The position numbers and the translations under genes were made by a program. DNA of 64,000 nucleotides from positions 1 through 64,000 of the forward strand of contig CANMWZ010000017.1 in the NCBI GenBank assembly GCA_947501605.1, read 5' to 3'. The notes beneath the pieces are model-generated. The model saw only the letters and a list, made by a program, of their open reading frames with translations, had not been told where the DNA came from and ran no database searches. Below, in pieces: positions 58,260 to 64,000 of the stretch (its first letter is position 1; each line of letters opens with the position of its first letter). The stretch is from Planctomycetota bacterium. GTDB lineage: Bacteria; Planctomycetota; UBA1135; UBA2386.

Positions 58260-60080
58260 TCAGCGAATCCGCAGATCGCCGGGCATCAGGGCCCAGACCT
58301 TGACCGTCGCGTCCTGCGACATGGCATCGCGCAACAACGCCAACAGACCGTCGAGGCGCGAGAGCCGAGCAAACAGCGCTACGGCCGAAGGCTCACCCTG
58401 CACCAGGACGCTCGCGTCAAACATTTGCTCAACGAGCGATTGCGCGAAGTCCTTGGGTTGGGGCAGATGGCGCACCTCGACGTCGTCGCCGATGTTGGCC
58501 GACTTGCGCACGGCCGCCAAGGCGTCGTCGACGCCGCCGACCGCATCGACGATGCCGATCTCGACTGCTTGGGCTCCGGACCAAACACGTCCACCGGCGA
58601 TGGCGCGCACCGCGTCGGGCGGCAGCTTGCGCGACTTCGCCGCGATGGCGATGAACTGGTCGTAGATCTCGTCGACAAACGACTGCATGCGAGCATGCGC
58701 GGAGTCACTCCACGGTCGGTCCATCGCGTCCATCTCGGCGCCGGTGTCGAGCGAGACGATCTCGGTGTGGATACCGAGCCGTCGCATGAGCGCACCGGTC
58801 TGGAAGCGCATGCTGAACACCCCGATGGAACCAGTGATGGTCGTGGCCTCGGCGAAAATCGGCTGACCGATGCAGGTGATCCAGTAACCACCGGAGGCCG
58901 CGAGCTCGCCCATCGAGAACACCACCGGCTTCTTCGCCGCCAGTCGCTCCAGCGCGAGGCGGATCGCTTCGCTCGCCGTCGCCGAACCACCGGGGGAGTT
59001 CACGCGCACGACAACGCCCTTGACGTGTTCATTCTCGGTCAGCGCGTCGATTTCCTTGACCGAAGGCTCCGAGACCATGCTCCCGGCCGAACTGTTGGTT
59101 CCGTCCTGGATGGACCCTGCCAAGTGAAGCACGACGATCGACGTCTCCTCGTCATCCTCGTCGTCATCCCGCTTCTGCTTGAACATGTCGGATAGCATCG
59201 ACAGGAGGTCGCGGTTCTTCTTGGCCTTCTTGGGCACGGCGTCGACCAGCTCGAACTCGCCAAGCTCGCTGCCCATCGCCGTCTCCAGCGCTCGCTTGGC
59301 GCCACTCCAGGCAACCAAGTCATCCACCAGGCCAGCGGCCTTGGCCTCGTCGGCCGTGAACAGGCGTTGCGCCTGGAGTTCCTTCACCTTGGCGGCCGCG
59401 AGCTTCCGGCCGGTCGCGACTCGCCGCACGACGTCTTCGTTCATCGACGACAGCATCGCGTGGTAGTGCTTCTTCAGCGGCTCGGACATGGTCGAGCGCA
59501 CGTACGGCTCGACGGCCCCCTTGAACTCGCCGACGCGCGTCATCTCCACCTCGATGCCCAGCAGGGATAGAGCATCCCGGTAGTGCATCACATTCATGGC
59601 TGGAGACCGGAAATCGATCGAGCCCATCTTGGCCATCATCACGCGATCGCACTGAGCGGCGATCTGCAGCGTGACCGGTGTCGCATTCTCGAAGTAGCAG
59701 ACGACCCTCTTTCCGGACTCGCGCACCTTGAGCATCGCGCGTTCGATCTCGCGGACCTGCGGCAGGTTCAGCCCCACGGGCTGGGTCAGGTCGAGAAGGA
59801 CGGTCGCACTCTCGGCCTTGGCGAGATCCTCGATGGTCTTGCGCAGTTCGAAGAACGACTTGGGCTTGGCGCCACCGCCTGTCAGCAGCGACATCGCGTC
59901 GAACGATGACTCGGCGAGGTCCTCGTAGGAGCCGCTCGGCCGCAACAGGGTGATCTTCGGCTTCGTCGGCGAAATCTCAGCGGTCGTCGAATCGGCAGGC
60001 GTCTTGACAACATCGTCCTGAGCGATGACGGCGGCGTTGAGGAGGAAGAGGAACGCAGCGAGGGCTACGGGTCGCAACAT
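58260..60080 (-). CDS. sppA: signal peptide peptidase SppA (two S49 domains)
   Basis: RVGEFKGAVEP, RVNSPGGSA, SMGELAASGGY, TITGSIGV, GGRVWSG. Confidence 0.93.
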   Translation of the reverse strand: MLRPVALAAFLFLLNAAVIAQDDVVKTPADSTTAEISPTKPKITLLRPSGSYEDLAESSFDAMSLLTGGGAKPKSFFELRKTIEDLAKAESATVLLDLTQPVGLNLPQVREIERAMLKVRESGKRVVCYFENATPVTLQIAAQCDRVMMAKMGSIDFRSPAMNVMHYRDALSLLGIEVEMTRVGEFKGAVEPYVRSTMSEPLKKHYHAMLSSMNEDVVRRVATGRKLAAAKVKELQAQRLFTADEAKAAGLVDDLVAWSGAKRALETAMGSELGEFELVDAVPKKAKKNRDLLSMLSDMFKQKRDDDEDDEETSIVVLHLAGSIQDGTNSSAGSMVSEPSVKEIDALTENEHVKGVVVRVNSPGGSATASEAIRLALERLAAKKPVVFSMGELAASGGYWITCIGQPIFAEATTITGSIGVFSMRFQTGALMRRLGIHTEIVSLDTGAEMDAMDRPWSDSAHARMQSFVDEIYDQFIAIAAKSRKLPPDAVRAIAGGRVWSGAQAVEIGIVDAVGGVDDALAAVRKSANIGDDVEVRHLPQPKDFAQSLVEQMFDASVLVQGEPSAVALFARLSRLDGLLALLRDAMSQDATVKVWALMPGDLRIR

Positions 60081-60203
60081 GGGAATGTGGTTCGGGCGGT
60101 TCGGATCGAGGCGGCGATCGTAGCCGACCGATGCCGCGCTCTGTCACTCGCCTCGGGGCCACGTACTCGCGCCCGCCCATCGCGGTTGTTACGGTTGCCG
60201 CTT

Positions 60204-60902
60204 GTGGTTCCGTTCGTAGTCGTCTTGGTCGTCGCCATCGTTGGCGTGCTCGCCTACCTGTCATGGAAAGCCGAGCAGCAACGACGCGACGACATGCGGC
60301 AACTGGGAGTCGAACTCGGGCTCCACTTCTCGCCGGACGACGACGACAGCCACGACGACCACTACGCGCAGTTCGAGATCTTTCGCCGCGGCCACTCGCG
60401 CGTTGCGAAGTGCACGCTCGCGGGCGCGATCGAACTGTTCGAGCGCCCCTGCCGAGTGCAGGCCGGGGACTTTCGCTACAAGGTCACGAGCGGCAGCGGC
60501 AAGAACGAGGGCACGACGACCTACCGGTTCAGCTACCTGATCGTCCATCCGCCGTGGCCGTCGCCGAGCCTCCTGGTGCGGCCCGAAGGAATGTTCGACC
60601 GCGTGAAAGGCGCATTCGGCTTCGACGACATCGACTTCGAGTCGGAGGAGTTCAGCCGCGCGTTCTGGGTGCAATCGAGCGACAAGCGCTTTGCCTACGA
60701 CGTGCTGCACCCGCGCATGATGGAGTTCCTCCTGGCGCACCGACCGCCGATGCTCGACCTCGAGGGCGGGGCCCTCTGCTTCTCCGACGGGGCGACACGG
60801 TGGACACCGGACACGTTCCGCGAGCGGATCGACTTCCTGCGCAAGTTCTGCGAGCTGTGGCCGCGACACCTGCTCAGCGACCTGGGTTCGCGCCCGACCT
60901 GA
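60204..60902 (+). CDS. hypothetical membrane-anchored protein upstream of lemA
   Basis: N-terminal TM, DIDFESEEFSR-x-F-x-V...FAYDVLHPR; 7 nt from lemA; start estimated. Confidence 0.78.
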   Translation: MVPFVVVLVVAIVGVLAYLSWKAEQQRRDDMRQLGVELGLHFSPDDDDSHDDHYAQFEIFRRGHSRVAKCTLAGAIELFERPCRVQAGDFRYKVTSGSGKNEGTTTYRFSYLIVHPPWPSPSLLVRPEGMFDRVKGAFGFDDIDFESEEFSRAFWVQSSDKRFAYDVLHPRMMEFLLAHRPPMLDLEGGALCFSDGATRWTPDTFRERIDFLRKFCELWPRHLLSDLGSRPT

Positions 60903-60909
60903 CCACCCG

Positions 60910-61476
60910 ATGGCACCCCTCCTCGCAATCCTGGCAGTCGTCCTGCTCCCGCTCGTGTGGTGGATCGCCACGCACAATCGCTTCGTCCGCCTCCGTCACG
61001 CGGTCAAGGAGAGCTGGGCCGACATCGATGTCGAACTGAAGCGACGCTACGAGCTGATCCCCAATCTCGTCGCGACCGTGAAGGGCTACGCCCGCCACGA
61101 ACAGGAGGTCCTCGAACGTCTCGTCGCGCTGCGCAACCAGGCGATGGCGAACCACGGCACGGTCGCGAGTCAGGCGAAGGACGAGAATGCCCTGCTCACC
61201 GGCTTGCGCTCGGTCTTCGCGGTCGCCGAGGGCTATCCGCAGCTGAAGAGCGACGCCAACTTCCGCGCCCTGCAGGAAGAGCTCGCGATCACCGAGGACC
61301 GGATCGCGGCGGCACGGCGCTTCTTCAACGGCAACGTGCGCGAGCTGCGCAACCTGCGCGAGCAGTTCCCGACCAGCCTCGTCGGCGGCGCGGCGGGTGC
61401 CGCCGACGTGTCGTTCTTCGAACTCGACGACCAGAACGAGCGCGTCGTCCCGCGCATCGACGTCAGCGCGCGCTGA
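60910..61476 (+). CDS. lemA: LemA family protein
   Basis: IDVELKRRYELIPNLV-x-TVKGYA-x-HE, YPQLKS, EDRIAAARRFFN, FP. Confidence 0.95.
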   Translation: MAPLLAILAVVLLPLVWWIATHNRFVRLRHAVKESWADIDVELKRRYELIPNLVATVKGYARHEQEVLERLVALRNQAMANHGTVASQAKDENALLTGLRSVFAVAEGYPQLKSDANFRALQEELAITEDRIAAARRFFNGNVRELRNLREQFPTSLVGGAAGAADVSFFELDDQNERVVPRIDVSAR

Positions 61477-61500
61477 CGCGCTCCTCCTGCCGCGAGCAAC

Positions 61501-62952
61501 TCAGCTCACCGGCACGATCAACGTGTCGACCCACGGCATGTCGCTGGCCCCGAACGGCACGGTCAACGTGATGCGCAGTTGCAAGAAGGGCAACCCATCC
61601 GCGACGTCCTGCGAGATCGACCAGTTCGTCACGGTTGCGAAGTCGAAGGTCGCACCGCGGAACTCGACGAGGAGCGAACAACCTGCAGGCACGTGACTCC
61701 CGAGGATCGCCGGGTGGTAGTTGGTGCCGGAGTGAGTGAAGAGCCACGAGGTTTCGTGGAACGAGACGGTGCGCTCCAGCTCGAGTTCGAGGTCGTAGAC
61801 GAGCGATCCGCCGCGACCGCTCGCAACCGCGGCGGGCGACAGGGGCGAAGGCTGGCCACTGTCGCCGGCAACGGCCCACATGCTGGCATTCGGCAGCGGC
61901 GACGACAGCACCGCGAGGTTCGCTGCCATCTCGTTCCGAGTCACACTCGGCGCGGCCTGCGGCGACGTGCGCGTTTCGAGCAGCAGAGTGCTGGTGCCGT
62001 CCCACTCGAACGGTTGCGCCAGAGGGAAGGGCAAGTAGCCGCTCGGCAGCAGGTTCGACGGTTGGATCGAGTAGGTCCCGCTGAAGCCGACGACCTCCGT
62101 CCCGGAGCGGGGGTTGTTGGCGAAGTCGACCGCGAGCCCGGAGCCCGGGTTGACCGGCAGCGCGCTGAAGGAATCGATCGTGAAGTCCGGGACGACGTCG
62201 GAGTGCGCAAGGCGGAGTTCGAACTGCTGCAGCGACTCGGGCCGCACCGTTCCGAACATCGGGCGCCAGCGCACCGAAGTCAGCCGTTCGTTCACGCCGC
62301 TCCCACCGAGGTCCGCTGCGCGCAGCGCCATCTGGCAACGCGCACCCTGCGGGTGCAGCGGCGAGATCGCGGCGAGGGACTGGAAGACCGGCATCGACAA
62401 CTGGGGTAGCGAGTACGCGAGGCGCCGCGACGCCGGCAGTGCCTGGAACCGCGACGACTGGGTGCGATCGAAGACCCCGACGGCGCCGAAGTTCAGGTGG
62501 TCGAATCGATAGACGATGGCCTCGAGCTGGTCGTGCGCCGCGAGGCTCTCGACGTTGCTCGCCAACATCGAAGACAGGCCCGCGGTCGGGTCCCACGATC
62601 CGGCCTGGAGGTAGACCGGAACTCCCGCCGGCAACGTCGAGGCCGAGAACGGCAGGATCTGCGTGCTCGCGGCTGGCGACCCGAACCACAGCGGCACCAC
62701 GTTGTTGCTCAGAGCGAGGTCGAAGTCGGCGCCGAACAAGCGCGTCCGCCCAGTCTGAAGATCCGCCACGAGAACGCTCACGTCCCCGACCCTGCCCTGG
62801 AGCGAGAAGGCCAGCCCCGGACCCGGCAGCTGGCGCGAATAGGCGTTCTGGTTCAGCGTGAGGAGCGGCTGCTGCGCGAGCGCGGCCTCATTGCCGGCGA
62901 GCACCGGCAGCAGAGCGACGAGCGGGAGAGCGACACGAACTGAGGTGGCCAT
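61501..62952 (-). CDS. secreted hypothetical protein (N-terminal shared beta module plus PF-x-WDG-type domain)
   Basis: signal peptide ALA|QQ; PAGVPVYLQAGSWD...ASNVE; R-x-Q...FANN...PFEWDGTSTLLLE. Confidence 0.8.
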   Translation of the reverse strand: MATSVRVALPLVALLPVLAGNEAALAQQPLLTLNQNAYSRQLPGPGLAFSLQGRVGDVSVLVADLQTGRTRLFGADFDLALSNNVVPLWFGSPAASTQILPFSASTLPAGVPVYLQAGSWDPTAGLSSMLASNVESLAAHDQLEAIVYRFDHLNFGAVGVFDRTQSSRFQALPASRRLAYSLPQLSMPVFQSLAAISPLHPQGARCQMALRAADLGGSGVNERLTSVRWRPMFGTVRPESLQQFELRLAHSDVVPDFTIDSFSALPVNPGSGLAVDFANNPRSGTEVVGFSGTYSIQPSNLLPSGYLPFPLAQPFEWDGTSTLLLETRTSPQAAPSVTRNEMAANLAVLSSPLPNASMWAVAGDSGQPSPLSPAAVASGRGGSLVYDLELELERTVSFHETSWLFTHSGTNYHPAILGSHVPAGCSLLVEFRGATFDFATVTNWSISQDVADGLPFLQLRITLTVPFGASDMPWVDTLIVPVS

Positions 62953-63024
62953 GGCTCGCGCATGGCAAAGGACGTGCCCGGACCGTGAGCCCCCTCTCTC
63001 GCGCCCCCCCCGGGCGACGATGTG

Positions 63025-63723
63025 CTACGGGGGCGTGACGAGACGGTGCTTGTGGGCCAACCCCGCGCGCAAGAGACACTGCGCCTCGTCCACCGGCTCA
63101 CCGCGGCGATACCGCTCCAGCAGCTCGCGCGAACGCTGCGCCAGTTCACGCCGCACCTCGCGCCGGCGGCCTTTCACCCGCGCGATCGTCATCGAGTCGT
63201 AGCCCGTCGTCTGGTGACGCAGCCAGGCGATCGTCGCGGCGGCCGCGCGCTCTTCAATCGGGATGCGCTGCGTGCGCGCGACCGTGCCACTGCCGACCGG
63301 GGTCGCGTGCGCTGCGATCGCATCCGCGAGCCGTTCGCCGAGTTCGCGGTGAGACGGCGCGAACGCGAGGAAGCGCGAGACCTCGTCGCGGAACTCACCG
63401 GCATACTCCACCTGCTGCACCTGGCGCCGTTTGCGGCCGGCCTCGAGCTTCTTGCCGTAGGCCGGATCGCTGCGCTCGATCGAGAGCTCTGCGCGAATGC
63501 GTTCGATGCGGTCCTTGGGCGCGCACACACCGCGCGAGAAGACCTTGTTGCCGCGCTTCTCGCTGCACACCCAGCTCGGACCAGCTTCCTTGACGCGCCG
63601 CGTCAGCGCGGCATCGCCGGGCGGCAACAGCTCCCAGCCCACGGGCAGGCGCAGCAGTTGCGTCTTGGTGCGGAACCAGGTCCCGTCGGGACCTGGAGCG
63701 ACTTCGCGGTTCTGGTCGGGCAT
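63025..63723 (-). CDS. DUF2293 domain protein
   Basis: LPPGDAALTRR, HATPVGSGTVART, AWLRHQTTGYD. Confidence 0.85.
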   Translation of the reverse strand: MPDQNREVAPGPDGTWFRTKTQLLRLPVGWELLPPGDAALTRRVKEAGPSWVCSEKRGNKVFSRGVCAPKDRIERIRAELSIERSDPAYGKKLEAGRKRRQVQQVEYAGEFRDEVSRFLAFAPSHRELGERLADAIAAHATPVGSGTVARTQRIPIEERAAAATIAWLRHQTTGYDSMTIARVKGRRREVRRELAQRSRELLERYRRGEPVDEAQCLLRAGLAHKHRLVTPP

Positions 63724-63768
63724 CTCTGTTGTCGTTCGTTCGGTGGTCGTCGTAGCACGGACGCTCGG

Positions 63769-64000
63769 TCACTTCGCGAACCGTTGCTCGTAGTCGCCCA
63801 TGCGCAGTTTCTTGACCGTGTTGACGGAACTCATGTAGCGGATCTGGCCGTAGATCGAACGCTCTGGTGCCCACGGCCGGTCGTAGCGACCGAAGATCCA
63901 GCCGATGCCCGAGTACGAGTTGGGGTCACGGCCGTCGAGCGCGTAGCGATTGTTCAACTCGACGAGGATGGCGAAGGCCTCCTCCGGCGTGCGGGTCCAC
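63769..64000 (-). CDS. class II CPD photolyase, C-terminal part (gene runs off the window)
   Basis: WTRTPEEAF...LNNRYALDGRDPNSY-x-G-x2-W-x-FG-x2-DRPW...ER-x-IYG-x-IRYMS. Confidence 0.92.
   Translation of the reverse strand, partial: WTRTPEEAFAILVELNNRYALDGRDPNSYSGIGWIFGRYDRPWAPERSIYGQIRYMSSVNTVKKLRMGDYEQRFAK

Overview
A high-GC, gene-dense 64-kb chromosomal segment, most likely from an uncultured Planctomycetota bacterium. That assignment is inferred from the TIGR02999-type ECF sigma/Ser-Thr kinase pair, a kinase-FGE-sulfatase fusion and many unassigned secreted beta-rich proteins. I can support about 55 CDS. Housekeeping genes include an M3 oligoendopeptidase, rarA, a TrmH-family methyltransferase, gluQ, rsgA, folC, aroB, carB, transaldolase, aat, ribBA, a HIT protein, udk, sppA, lemA and a partial class II photolyase. 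These are interspersed with secreted hydrolases and hypothetical proteins. I found no rRNA, convincing tRNA, CRISPR array, transposase or integrase. Main findings: (1) an unnamed ~110-aa beta-rich module (P-x(n)-G-x3-4-Q-[AF]...S-[ND]) appears at six loci, at the C-terminus of three secreted proteins, at the N-terminus of one, as a stand-alone secreted protein and as an orphan remnant, and is a candidate lineage-specific sorting or surface-assembly domain; (2) almost every predicted signal peptide is followed by Gln, like the Bacteroidota Q-rule; (3) a BNR/sialidase-like propeller fused to an M60 metalloprotease; (4) a coiled-coil protein ending in a RelE/ParE-like domain directly upstream of aat; (5) an ECF sigma/anti-sigma operon that includes a PilM-PilN fusion and a PilO-like gene; (6) a candidate phosphorylation-activated ECF between two kinases; (7) repeated -10-like hexamers 6-9 nt before start codons, suggesting leaderless transcripts; (8) a 1-bp frameshift in the DUF72 gene. 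All family assignments come from motif recognition by eye; no database searches were run.
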